Positions 38,054 through 47,830 of a stretch of 64,000 nt of DNA are shown one piece after another. Each line of letters begins with the position of its first letter. The stretch's first letter is position 1. The notes under the pieces are model-generated. The model made no database searches and had not been told where the DNA came from. It worked only from the letters and a program-made list of their open reading frames with translations. The stretch is from positions 27,450 through 91,449 of the IMG/VR virus record IMGVR_UViG_3300030085_002231; one strand, 5' to 3'. The translations under genes were made by a program, and so were the position numbers. Origin of the DNA: a virus.

Positions 38054-38727
38054 TGTACCCTGTAAGTGAAGGGCGTATTACCTTTTCAAGTGGAACTACT
38101 AATACGCCTAAAAAAATTTGGCATCCTAAAGATAAACTTAATTTAACGTCTGAGGTTTATAAAAGAACACACAACTTAGACGCTTCTTCACGCATATTAA
38201 ACTTTATGCCACGCTATCACATAGGTGGATTAGCTTTGGAATTAGCAGGTCAATATGTAGGTGCTAGTGTTACAAATATAGAATTTAACGCATATAATTT
38301 TTTAGATCAACTTGACGATTACAGCCACACAATGCTGCCTGATTCATCAATAAGTGCATTGAGAAAAACTAAAAAATTTAATGATTATAATTTCAAAGAT
38401 AAGTTTTTGCATTGTGGAACTGAACCACATAAGAAAGAAAATATTCTTTCATTAGTAGAAAGAGGCGGTACAGCATTTTGTAACTGGGGAATGACAGAAA
38501 TAGGTCCAATCTGTATTCATACTACATTTAAACCGTATGATACTGAAAGAGTAGAAAAATATTTTAAACCAGGATTTTTACTAGGTGATAATTTTGAAAT
38601 AGAATGGAAAACAGATTCAGATGAATTAGTAGTGAGAAGTGAGATGTCAATATACAAAGATTGGTTTTATACAGGTGATATTGTAAAGTTCGTAGATGGA
38701 GCTTTGTACTATGTCAAAAGAAGATAA
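38053..38727 (+). CDS. Minimal adenylate-forming (acyl-CoA synthetase-like) enzyme
   Basis: FSSGTTNTPK (A3), WGMTE (A5), FYTGD (A7); lacks the N-terminal part and the C-terminal subdomain. Confidence 0.75.
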   Translation: MYPVSEGRITFSSGTTNTPKKIWHPKDKLNLTSEVYKRTHNLDASSRILNFMPRYHIGGLALELAGQYVGASVTNIEFNAYNFLDQLDDYSHTMLPDSSISALRKTKKFNDYNFKDKFLHCGTEPHKKENILSLVERGGTAFCNWGMTEIGPICIHTTFKPYDTERVEKYFKPGFLLGDNFEIEWKTDSDELVVRSEMSIYKDWFYTGDIVKFVDGALYYVKRR

Positions 38728-39283
38728 TTACTTTGTAAGTCAAGATTTTGACAAATATGATTTAGATAGATTTATGTCTATATGTAATAAGTTAGGTTAC
38801 AAAAACAATATATCTAGAAAAGCAATGAAGATTGACTGGGTGCGTAAAAACTTTGGTGACTTTTGGGCTTTTGTAAAAAATGATAAAATAATTGCGGTAT
38901 CCGGATGTCACCCGTTTCCAGATTTAAACGACACATATAGAATAGGATTCAGGGCTGCACAATTGCCAGGTGAAGATCCTTTCATAGGATTATCTAAGTA
39001 TGGATATAACTCTATTTCTATAAGAGTCTTATTGCAATATCAAATAAAATTTTGTGAAACAATTGGAATAGATAATTTTATATTGACAACGAATTCAAAA
39101 AGTACTGGTCACTTATACATGTCGCATATGATGCAGGTACAAATAAATAAATGTACAAATTTAACTGAGTACTTAGGTGAAAAAATGCTATACGGTGTAA
39201 ATCAATCATTGTGGAAATATAATATTAATGAATATAAAAAATCGATATTAAGATTAAAACCAGAGAAGTATTACATTATATGA
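38711..39283 (+). CDS. GNAT-like acyltransferase, copy 1
   Basis: KIIAVSGC, R...QLP, FILTTN; paralog of 42206-42793; fold call is inference. Confidence 0.55.
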   Translation: MSKEDNYFVSQDFDKYDLDRFMSICNKLGYKNNISRKAMKIDWVRKNFGDFWAFVKNDKIIAVSGCHPFPDLNDTYRIGFRAAQLPGEDPFIGLSKYGYNSISIRVLLQYQIKFCETIGIDNFILTTNSKSTGHLYMSHMMQVQINKCTNLTEYLGEKMLYGVNQSLWKYNINEYKKSILRLKPEKYYII

Positions 39284-40101
39284 AAAAGCTTATGATTGTT
39301 GGAGGTGACAGCTACACTGATCCTAATTTTGGTATATACAAAAAATTTAACATATCGCCTTGGCCTACACATTTGGCTAAACTAAATAATTATGATATGA
39401 TTAATACTGCTACAGGTGGTTCTAGTAATAGACATATTTTCAATTCAGTAGTTGATGCCATTATTGATAATCAACATAGAGAAATGATAGTCGTGACAGC
39501 TTGGTCTGAATTATATAGACTATCATTTATTGATGATGTTGATCTTGATAGTACAATATGGTTATTCAGTGATAAAGAACATAAATTTAGATGCACATTA
39601 TCTGAAGGTCTTAAAAAATATTTTACTAGAATAAATCCTTTAAGAAAAGAATATATTAAACTTATAAAAGATAAGTGTATTGACCAGAAAGAATTTGATA
39701 GTAAGTTAATATCGCAATCATTTAAAAATATTTGGTTATTACAAGATTTCTGTAAAAATAGAAATATACCTATGTATCATTTTCATACGTATGATCCATT
39801 AGCATATGATTATAGCCTATCAGTACAAATTTATGGTGATGTAGAAAAATCTTTGTATGAAAACATTTATCTTACATATGTAGAAAAAGATGAAAACTAT
39901 GTAGGACATGACTATTGCTTGTATAATGATATAGAAAAAAATAAATATTTTATTAAGAATGGCGATATTACGAATCTACACGCAAATCAAGAAGGTCATA
40001 TACATATAGCTGAAAAAATAAGTAAGTTTATAAAAGATGGTGTAAGACCTGAGTCTAATATTGAAGAACACGGTGAGCTTTATAGGATAATAAGAAAATG
40101 A
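39280..40101 (+). CDS. SGNH/GDSL hydrolase-like protein
   Basis: GGDSYT, WP..L, GGSSN, HANQEGH. Confidence 0.7.
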   Translation: MKKLMIVGGDSYTDPNFGIYKKFNISPWPTHLAKLNNYDMINTATGGSSNRHIFNSVVDAIIDNQHREMIVVTAWSELYRLSFIDDVDLDSTIWLFSDKEHKFRCTLSEGLKKYFTRINPLRKEYIKLIKDKCIDQKEFDSKLISQSFKNIWLLQDFCKNRNIPMYHFHTYDPLAYDYSLSVQIYGDVEKSLYENIYLTYVEKDENYVGHDYCLYNDIEKNKYFIKNGDITNLHANQEGHIHIAEKISKFIKDGVRPESNIEEHGELYRIIRK

Positions 40102-41534
40102 ATCCTTTCTATACACTATTGCCTACAGATAGGCCAGCAATCAGCGATATTCATCAGACAATAACATATAAGCAACTTATATCTGAAGCCATAAAAATAA
40201 GAGATTGGTTTTCATCGATGGGTTATAAACGAGGCCATCGTATAGGAATTGCTGGTCAGCAAAGTATAGAGACATACAAATACTTTCTTGCAGCCTGGAT
40301 GATTTCATCTGCTGTAGGGCTTAGAATTGATCAAAAACAAAATGATTGGAATCATAAAATTCCTGCAAGTAATTTAAATGTAGTTATAGAACTAGCAGAT
40401 GAAGTTTTAGTACATCACAAACATTTTGATAAATCTATTGAGTGCCCTAAAGAATTTGCTACATACTTTAGTTCAGGAACTACAAGTAATAATTGGGCAC
40501 AAGCTCAGTCGACTCCTATGGTTTGGGAAATTGACGAGTATAACTGGGGGCAAAGCTTAGATGTAAATCATTATTGTCGTGCAATCGCAAACCCATGTGT
40601 ACATGAACCATCGAAGAATATTCAAATACAAGTTATGCAACCTTGGATTACATGGGGACAAGAAATGGTTGCTTACAATCTAATACATCAAGGGCATGTC
40701 ATTTTAGTAAATGAAATTCAAGAGTGGGATATTTTATTAAGAAGGTTTAAACCAACGTGGACTGTAATGTTTCCTATGATAGCTTTTAGATTAATGGAAA
40801 AAAATACGGGTGCTAATCATAAGCTAGATTGCGTAGAGATGTCAGGTGTACGTCCAACTATGAATCAAATAAATGATATGAAAAAGTTTTTCAATTGCGA
40901 TTATTTTACATCACACTATGGAACATCACAGGCTGGTAATGTAAGTTACAATAGTGGTGATGGAAAAAACTTACAACATATAGGAAAAGTATGCGATGGA
41001 TTTATACATGCCTTTGGAGAAGATATGCACCGTATAGGTAAAAATGGAACTATGGAGATAAAGTGGCCAGCAAATCCACCTACAATGTTAAATGAAGATG
41101 GATACTATGATACTAACGACATAGTTGAATTAGGTCATGATGGTAACTATCATTTTCTAGGTAGAGCTAATGAAATGCTTATGATACGTGGTGGATCAAA
41201 GTTCCAGGCGCCAAGTGTCGAAGATAGACTTATGGAAAATATTAATATAAAAGAAGCGTACATATATCCAATACCTGATCCTAACATAAACGAAAAAGGA
41301 TCACTATTTCAAATACCCGGTTGTCTATATTATGGTGAAATAACAGTAGATGAAGTTAAAGAATACTGCGATCAGCAACTACCACCTTATATGAGACCTA
41401 TACAGATTCATAAACTAAAGAATAAACTTTCTACATTTACTGATGAATCTGTATGGAAAGTTCGTAGACTACATATGCATGATTCCTTATTGGAGAATAA
41501 AGATGAATGGTGCTCATCTTCTTATTATCAATAG
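40098..41534 (+). CDS. Adenylate-forming enzyme (acyl-CoA ligase family)
   Basis: ITYKQL, FSSGTT, HYGTSQ, YYDTNDIV, FLGRANE, LPPYMRP. Confidence 0.8.
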   Translation: MNPFYTLLPTDRPAISDIHQTITYKQLISEAIKIRDWFSSMGYKRGHRIGIAGQQSIETYKYFLAAWMISSAVGLRIDQKQNDWNHKIPASNLNVVIELADEVLVHHKHFDKSIECPKEFATYFSSGTTSNNWAQAQSTPMVWEIDEYNWGQSLDVNHYCRAIANPCVHEPSKNIQIQVMQPWITWGQEMVAYNLIHQGHVILVNEIQEWDILLRRFKPTWTVMFPMIAFRLMEKNTGANHKLDCVEMSGVRPTMNQINDMKKFFNCDYFTSHYGTSQAGNVSYNSGDGKNLQHIGKVCDGFIHAFGEDMHRIGKNGTMEIKWPANPPTMLNEDGYYDTNDIVELGHDGNYHFLGRANEMLMIRGGSKFQAPSVEDRLMENINIKEAYIYPIPDPNINEKGSLFQIPGCLYYGEITVDEVKEYCDQQLPPYMRPIQIHKLKNKLSTFTDESVWKVRRLHMHDSLLENKDEWCSSSYYQ

Positions 41535-42234
41535 TCTACAAGGCGGAGGAGGACATAGATTAGGCAGAATATTTTGCTGTTACGATAATGTATATTGGTA
41601 TGCACATGATAATAATGGGTGGAACCCTTGGGAATTTGCATTAAATAATAATATCAAAGAAACAAAGTTTGCTAGGATGCATTATGATAGAATACTTTCT
41701 GATGGATCTATAGTTCCTTTGATAGGAAGTAGAATTGAAAAGTATTGGGATAATGAATATTGGTACTACAATTGGATTAAGATTATGTCTAATCTAGATT
41801 TACCTGATCAATATATCACTTATGTTGTACATGATAATCCAAAATATTTAAGAAGACTATTTCCAAAAAGTTACATAGTAAACTTAATTGGTGATCCAAT
41901 AAGTGCAACTGATCATCATATGAATACGTCTGCTAAATTTAGAATTAATTATAAATTTGAGGGACAAGTTCCTAATTATAAAAGTAAATGGGTAAAGTTA
42001 AGAGATGAATTAATTAAAATGTCTGATCAAACAACTGCACAACAAGCTTGGGAATTTATGCATCCTAATAAAGAATATTACGATTATATACTAAAAGATA
42101 ATATAAAATCAAATAAAAAAAATATCGAAGAAAAAGACTATGCAGATTTAAGTGTTGAATACGCAACTTTTGATCCAACAAAGATAAACACTTTTGGTAA
42201 ATTGAATGCTAATTACAAAAGACTCATGCGATAA
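41503..42234 (+). CDS. Hypothetical protein, possible sulfotransferase/P-loop-like fold
   Basis: LIINSLQGGGGHRLGR N-terminal loop; GGAG RBS. Confidence 0.4.
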   Translation: MNGAHLLIINSLQGGGGHRLGRIFCCYDNVYWYAHDNNGWNPWEFALNNNIKETKFARMHYDRILSDGSIVPLIGSRIEKYWDNEYWYYNWIKIMSNLDLPDQYITYVVHDNPKYLRRLFPKSYIVNLIGDPISATDHHMNTSAKFRINYKFEGQVPNYKSKWVKLRDELIKMSDQTTAQQAWEFMHPNKEYYDYILKDNIKSNKKNIEEKDYADLSVEYATFDPTKINTFGKLNANYKRLMR

Positions 42235-42793
42235 GAATGAACTTAAGTTATTTTACAAGAAGTGTAAAAGTTTAGGTTACAGGTTTGAGCTTAAAGATAC
42301 ACAAAATAAATGGGAGAAGTTCTTTTATACATATAAAGGCGATAATATTATATCAGTATCTGGTTGCTATGAATATTCATTTTTACAAATGTATGGAGAT
42401 AAACTAGAAAAAACTAGATATGTTGATGGAATGAGAATATGCTATTTGGGTATGCAATTGCCTAATGAAGATACTTATAAAGTATTAAGCAAATATCATA
42501 TGAACTCTATACCATTTCGTGAACACATACCTCTTCAAATAGAGTGGGGTAATAACATTGGATATGATAGATTCTTTATAACAACACACAATTGGTATGG
42601 TACACCAGCAAATTTATATAAAGGTCCTCATAGAAAGTGGAATAGAACAAACGCTGCTATGAAACATTTGCGTAAATTAAACATTGTGAATGAACAATCT
42701 CAAAATTACGTAGACGGTTACTGGCAAACAGTGTGGGAGTTAAATCAGTATGAATATTTTAGAGTTCAAACACTTACAAGACACAAAAAGTAA
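42206..42793 (+). CDS. GNAT-like acyltransferase, copy 2
   Basis: NIISVSGC, QLPNED, LSKYHMNSIPFR, FFITT; paralog of 38711-39283. Confidence 0.55.
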   Translation: MLITKDSCDKNELKLFYKKCKSLGYRFELKDTQNKWEKFFYTYKGDNIISVSGCYEYSFLQMYGDKLEKTRYVDGMRICYLGMQLPNEDTYKVLSKYHMNSIPFREHIPLQIEWGNNIGYDRFFITTHNWYGTPANLYKGPHRKWNRTNAAMKHLRKLNIVNEQSQNYVDGYWQTVWELNQYEYFRVQTLTRHKK

Positions 42794-42953
42794 TTATATA
42801 AAACATTTCAAATACGCAATGTATTATAACTTCTTAGCTTTGATGGTGTTCATTACAGGCATGATACATGCATTTATACCATTTTTATTTCCGTACTTAC
42901 CTTATGAATTAGCAAAGAAGATTACTGATGGGACAGAAAAAAACTTTAAATAA
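42750..42953 (+). CDS. DUF6356-like small membrane protein, copy 2
   Basis: HLQD...YIKHFKYA...IHAFIPFLF. Confidence 0.6.
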   Translation: MNILEFKHLQDTKSNYIKHFKYAMYYNFLALMVFITGMIHAFIPFLFPYLPYELAKKITDGTEKNFK

Positions 42954-43458
42954 TTATTTTGAAAAAGAATGGAAACCAAACTATGATTCAAAAAGTTATT
43001 CAGGATGGAAATTAATCGATAAAGTAAAAAGCAACGAAACTATATTAGATATTGGTTGTGGATATAATTTATTTAAAGAACATTTTTCTAAAAACTTATA
43101 TGGCATAGATCCTGCTAATGATGCTGCAGATGAAAGAGTTAGTATTGAAGAGTTTAATAGTGCAGGCAACCAATGGGATGTTATATTTTGCTTAGGTAGT
43201 TTGAATTTTGGAGATGAATCTGTGGTTAAGCCACAAGTTGAAAAAGCAGTATCATTATGTAAAAGTGGTGGTAGAATATATTGGAGACAGAATCCTGGAT
43301 TAGGTGATCACCCGTGGAAAGGTGTTGAGGAAATTAAGTTTTTCCCATGGTCAGAAGAATTGAACTATCAGTGGTCTAAGGAGTTTGATTGCCGAGTTGT
43401 CTTTATGGATTGGGAACCAAAGGGCAATAGATTATATGCAGAATGGGTTAAGAATTGA
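42928..43458 (+). CDS. Class I SAM-dependent methyltransferase
   Basis: ILDIGCG, GID, WDVIFCLGS, KSGGRI. Confidence 0.85.
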   Translation: MGQKKTLNNYFEKEWKPNYDSKSYSGWKLIDKVKSNETILDIGCGYNLFKEHFSKNLYGIDPANDAADERVSIEEFNSAGNQWDVIFCLGSLNFGDESVVKPQVEKAVSLCKSGGRIYWRQNPGLGDHPWKGVEEIKFFPWSEELNYQWSKEFDCRVVFMDWEPKGNRLYAEWVKN

Positions 43459-44888
43459 GTGAACTATACGCTTTATTAGGCGGAACACTTTATGGATTAA
43501 TGATTGGTATCATACCTAGTGCAGGTGCTACGACAGGTCTGATTGCACTATTTGGTTTTATATCATACTTCTTAAGTGATCCCTATCTAGGTGTCATATT
43601 TTGCATGGCAGTAGTCGCAGCTAGTACTACCGGTGATACTTACGCAGGTGTGTTGTTAGGTATACCAGGTGCAAATAGTGCGGCCGCAACTATGGTCGAT
43701 GGCTTTCCACTAGCCAAGCAAGGCAAAGCAACATACGCAATCACTGCAGCAGTTACAACTAGTACCATCAATGGAATAATATGGGGCACACTAACTTTTG
43801 CTTTGCTGCCTTGGTATAGTAAACTCATAATGATATTAGGCATACCTGAACTATGGGCTTTTACCATGCTTGCTCTGGCTACCGTTGCTTTTGTATCAGG
43901 TAAATGGTGGTTTAGAAGTTTTATAGCAATCGGTCTAGGAATATTTCTTGGATTAGTTGGCACAGATCCAGAAACAAATGCTGATAGATACACACTTGGG
44001 TGGGAATATTTAGGTGACGGAATACAAATAATGGCTGTGGCCGCAGGACTCTTTGCATTACCTGAGTTAATCTTAGGTCTACAAAGAATGCAAACATCGA
44101 ATAAAAGTATTAATGAATTAAGACAAACAATCGATGGTCTGAAAGCTGTTTGGCAAAATAAATGGGATTCTTTGCGCGGTGGATTTATAGGAGCATTTAT
44201 AGGACTACTGCCTGGCCTCGGTGGAGGAGCTGCAGATTGGATTTCTTATAGTGCAACTGTAGCAGCAAATCCTAAGGAAGATTTTGGTGATGGAAATATC
44301 AAAGGCGTAGTTGGACCGGAAGGTGCGAACAATGCACAGAAAGCTACGTCTATGATACCAACAGTTTTGTTCGGTATTCCAGGCGCAAAGTATGCTGCAG
44401 TTATTATGGCGCTTTTTTCTTACTTAGGTTTTGAACTAGGAACTATGGATTTAGTGAATGATACTAAGTTCTTTGATAGTTTGACTTATGGATTTATGTG
44501 GGCTACAGTTATTGTGGGTATATTCTGCTTATTATTCACACGCTATATCAGCGCAATTACTAGAGTACCTTATAAGTATTATTTCCCAATAATATTTTTG
44601 TTTATCGTGTGGGCCTGTACAAGATACACCGGTGGCTGGGAAGACTACGTCATGTTAAGTATATTTACAATAGTTGGACTTATAGCAAAGATATATAAAT
44701 TTAGTAGGCCAGGTATGATAATCGGTTTCATACTTGCAGATAGAATAGAAGGTTTAACGTTGCAAATAAATGCACTGTATACGATTGAATCACTATTAAC
44801 AAGACCAATATTTTTAACTATAGTTATTGGGGCACTAATAGCTTTTATAATAGGTATAAGATCTAAAAGGAAATTGAATTATGCGTAA
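43455..44888 (+). CDS. tctA: Tripartite tricarboxylate transporter permease TctA
   Basis: Polytopic; GIPG....ATMVDGFPLAKQG, IGLLPGLG, PEGANNA, FGIPG. Confidence 0.92.
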   Translation: MSELYALLGGTLYGLMIGIIPSAGATTGLIALFGFISYFLSDPYLGVIFCMAVVAASTTGDTYAGVLLGIPGANSAAATMVDGFPLAKQGKATYAITAAVTTSTINGIIWGTLTFALLPWYSKLIMILGIPELWAFTMLALATVAFVSGKWWFRSFIAIGLGIFLGLVGTDPETNADRYTLGWEYLGDGIQIMAVAAGLFALPELILGLQRMQTSNKSINELRQTIDGLKAVWQNKWDSLRGGFIGAFIGLLPGLGGGAADWISYSATVAANPKEDFGDGNIKGVVGPEGANNAQKATSMIPTVLFGIPGAKYAAVIMALFSYLGFELGTMDLVNDTKFFDSLTYGFMWATVIVGIFCLLFTRYISAITRVPYKYYFPIIFLFIVWACTRYTGGWEDYVMLSIFTIVGLIAKIYKFSRPGMIIGFILADRIEGLTLQINALYTIESLLTRPIFLTIVIGALIAFIIGIRSKRKLNYA

Positions 44889-45936
44889 ATTGTTTTTAGC
44901 TGCAATGCTAATGTTTTCTACACCTTCTTTTGCAGACTACACATTTGTCGTACCACAGAGACCGGGTAGCGGAACTACTATATGGGCAGAGATTGTAGCT
45001 CGAGAGCTCGAACCATTTCTCGGTGAAAAGATTATTATTAAAAATATTCCAGGCGCTCGTGACATACCCGGCTTTAATAAGTTTCACAATGAACTACAGT
45101 ATGATGATAAGACTGTAATGGTATCGCATGGTGGAAACGGTGTCGCTTTTCTACAAGAAGAAGTTGACTATAATTATTTCGATTACACTAGCATTGGTTT
45201 AATGAATTTAAATATTATTACAGCAATTCGTAAAGACTATGATCCTCAAGAAAAAATTAAATTTTCTGCAGGTTCAGGACAAACACCAGAAGCTTATGCA
45301 ATTACTATGTTATTGTGTGGTCCTAATCTTACAGTAGATGAATACATTAAATGCTTTCAAGAAAATGTAGTCTGGGTCAAAGGTATGAAAGGTGGAGAAA
45401 GACGATTAGCTTTCAAACGCGGTGAACTGAACGCAACTCGTGAAAATCCTGCTGCTTTTAAAAAACACGTAGTACCAGATGAAAATGCAGAGATATGGTT
45501 CCATCATGGTATATTGCAACCTGATGGTAGTCACGCTGACGATCCAAATTATCCTAATCATCAGTTTGAAATACTATTTGAAAAATGGTATGGTGTAAAA
45601 CCTGAAGGTGATTTCTACGATGCGTATAAACTCGTAAAGAGTTTTAGAGACGGGTTGCAAAAAGCTTTGTGGGTGCGTGAAGGTAACCCTAATGCAAAGA
45701 AGTTACAAGATGCATTAAGAGAAATGAGTAAAGATCCTGAAGCCACTAAAGCTATTCAAAAGAAAGTTGGTAACTACGAGTGGTTAATTGGTGAAGATGG
45801 CGATGCACATCGTGATATGCTGATGACATTCATTAACGAAGGACCCATGCAAACTCTAGTAAAATTTAATAAAGAAGCTTTAGGATTGAAAAGCTTATTG
45901 AAAGAGTTGGTAAGTCTTAGTATTGTTTATAAGTAA
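44881..45936 (+). CDS. tctC: TctC/Bug-family periplasmic binding protein
   Basis: Signal peptide, FVVP..PGSGT..WA, KNIPGA, RGEL; adjacent to tctA. Confidence 0.78.
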   Translation: MRKLFLAAMLMFSTPSFADYTFVVPQRPGSGTTIWAEIVARELEPFLGEKIIIKNIPGARDIPGFNKFHNELQYDDKTVMVSHGGNGVAFLQEEVDYNYFDYTSIGLMNLNIITAIRKDYDPQEKIKFSAGSGQTPEAYAITMLLCGPNLTVDEYIKCFQENVVWVKGMKGGERRLAFKRGELNATRENPAAFKKHVVPDENAEIWFHHGILQPDGSHADDPNYPNHQFEILFEKWYGVKPEGDFYDAYKLVKSFRDGLQKALWVREGNPNAKKLQDALREMSKDPEATKAIQKKVGNYEWLIGEDGDAHRDMLMTFINEGPMQTLVKFNKEALGLKSLLKELVSLSIVYK

Positions 45937-46418
45937 TGATAAAATTAAATAAAATATACGACATCGAAAAAATAAAAAACGAAGTTGCAATTTTATTAGC
46001 GGAACACGAATTAGTTAGTAACCAACTTTTGTTACAATCAGTAAAAGGTGATGATTGGTATAATATACAAGCGCCTTACATGATTAGAGAAGATTTGCGT
46101 GACTGGCATTTTGATACGCCGAACACTAAAAAAGATTGGGAGATTACTCGTTTTATTGAAGAGAATAACATTTATCGTACTCGACTAATGTTACTTAAAC
46201 CAAAGAAGTGTTATTCTTGGCATAAAGATTATGGTGAACGAATGCATCTCTCAGTCATAACAAGTCCTGATTGTTTCTTTATAGAAAATAAACAAGTGCT
46301 GAACATACCAGCCGACGGACATCCATATATCGTAGATGTTAATAACCATCATACTGCGCTAAATTGTAGTCAACATGATAGGTATCATTTAGTTGGAATT
46401 ATTAGGGAACCACAGTAA
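45936..46418 (+). CDS. Aspartyl/asparaginyl beta-hydroxylase-like 2OG-Fe(II) oxygenase
   Basis: RTRLM.L.P...SWHKD, RMH, HTALNCS...RYHLV. Confidence 0.75.
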   Translation: MIKLNKIYDIEKIKNEVAILLAEHELVSNQLLLQSVKGDDWYNIQAPYMIREDLRDWHFDTPNTKKDWEITRFIEENNIYRTRLMLLKPKKCYSWHKDYGERMHLSVITSPDCFFIENKQVLNIPADGHPYIVDVNNHHTALNCSQHDRYHLVGIIREPQ

Positions 46419-46836
46419 GATCTTTTATTCGATGAGGTTGTTGTAAAACCCAATCAATAATAGACACACAATATTCTATTGACATTTTAGGTTTATCGAT
46501 ATGTGCAACTCTTTCGCTATCAAAAAACCCAAAGTTTATTATAGTTGTATCTGCACCTTGCCAAAACAATTGATCATTAACATCTCTTAATGTCTTCTTT
46601 TCAATGCCGTATCTAAAGTTTTCTTTATATCCTTTAGTCCAATCACTCGCGGCACTACCAATATTAATAATTTTTTTATTAAGTTTTGCAGCTTTATATA
46701 ATAAATCGACCTGTTTGAAACCATCATGTTTACAATTGATAAATACATCACATTCTTCTAATGTACTTACTGTATCATATAGTAAACTTAAAGAATAACC
46801 AAGGCCTCTTCTTTTTCCTGTAATAAAAAAAGTCAT
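46402..46836 (-). CDS. Truncated short-chain dehydrogenase/reductase
   Basis: ITGKRRGLG, FINC, IINIGS, YGIEK (YxxxK). Confidence 0.7.
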   Translation of the reverse strand: MTFFITGKRRGLGYSLSLLYDTVSTLEECDVFINCKHDGFKQVDLLYKAAKLNKKIINIGSAASDWTKGYKENFRYGIEKKTLRDVNDQLFWQGADTTIINFGFFDSERVAHIDKPKMSIEYCVSIIDWVLQQPHRIKDLTVVP

Positions 46837-46864
46837 TTTTTTTAAATAAAATGCATTTTAGGGG

Positions 46865-46893
46865 TTTACTTTTCCGAAAAACTAGTGTATAAT
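46865..46893 (+). promoter_or_regulatory. Strong early promoter
   Basis: TTTACT-17-TATAAT with AT-rich UP region; GAGGAG RBS downstream. Confidence 0.85.
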
Positions 46894-46927
46894 ATATCTA
46901 TAATCAAAAAGGAAGAGGAGTCCTGAT

Positions 46928-47203
46928 ATGTTTTTAGAAAATCTTACAAAGCTTGAAAAGAATCTTTGGAACAGCCACGTTGAGTTTATGGGTGTTGACC
47001 ATGATATGGCTGAAATGTATGCCGAAGATCGTAACGATGTCATCGAAGTTAAAGATCGTTATAACCGTGGTCATATGGGTTCGCTTCGTACTTTTATCGA
47101 CCGCATGGATACACATCCACGTGAAGGTGTAGTATTGGCTTTAGCCGCTGATCTTGGTGAAGATTGGGTTCTTAAAAATCTTGGTTATGAGGTACGTGTA
47201 TAA
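46928..47203 (+). CDS. Early hypothetical protein
   Basis: Promoter and GAGGAG RBS; MDTHPRE motif. Confidence 0.75.
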   Translation: MFLENLTKLEKNLWNSHVEFMGVDHDMAEMYAEDRNDVIEVKDRYNRGHMGSLRTFIDRMDTHPREGVVLALAADLGEDWVLKNLGYEVRV

Positions 47204-47285
47204 TGAATCATATTGTAGAAACTTGGATTTGTGGTATCCTATTCGTTATATTCATGTCAGCTTTACCTATCTTGTTGGTTTGGTA

Positions 47286-47483
47286 ATGTCACACGAATCA
47301 GAAATCATTAACACTAAAGGTCATCCGTGGGTCGGTGTTCGCTGGCCCGTAACAGGAAGTAAGGGAGACAAGTATCATGTCGAAATGGTCAACTACGGAT
47401 TTGAGTGTGATTGCATTGCATATCGAAAGTGCAAGCATATCAAAGAAGTCGAGAAAAAAATCTCTAATCAATGCACTTTTTAG
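47286..47483 (+). CDS. SWIM zinc-finger protein
   Basis: GSKG..Y.V....FECDC.....CKH. Confidence 0.7.
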   Translation: MSHESEIINTKGHPWVGVRWPVTGSKGDKYHVEMVNYGFECDCIAYRKCKHIKEVEKKISNQCTF

Positions 47484-47512
47484 TTTACTTTCGTTTAAAA
47501 GTGTGGTATAAT
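47484..47512 (+). promoter_or_regulatory. Strong early promoter
   Basis: TTTACT-17 (TGTGG)-TATAAT. Confidence 0.85.
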
Positions 47513-47543
47513 ATATAAGTAAAATGGAAAAAGAGGAGTTATA

Positions 47544-47819
47544 ATGTTAATCAAATCTCAAATGCAACATATCGAATCAATGTTTAATGAAGCAAGTGAT
47601 GAGCAAATGCAAGAAATTGCTCAAATGTTCAATGATGCTCGTCGCACCAGAGCTGCTAAAGCTGCACGCTCTTTCAAAGTTGGCCAGCAGGTCACATGGT
47701 TTGGTAAGAAAGGCCAGTTATCTGGCGTGGTTGCTAAGATTAATCGTAAAAATGTTGTGGTAAATGCTGGTCAAAACGGCATGTGGAATGTTACCGCTTC
47801 TATGTTAATTGCTCAATAG
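47544..47819 (+). CDS. Early hypothetical protein (KOW/SH3-like C-terminus)
   Basis: FKVGQQVTW...G.V.KINRKNVVV...WNV...ML. Confidence 0.7.
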   Translation: MLIKSQMQHIESMFNEASDEQMQEIAQMFNDARRTRAAKAARSFKVGQQVTWFGKKGQLSGVVAKINRKNVVVNAGQNGMWNVTASMLIAQ

Positions 47820-47830
47820 GGAGATATATA

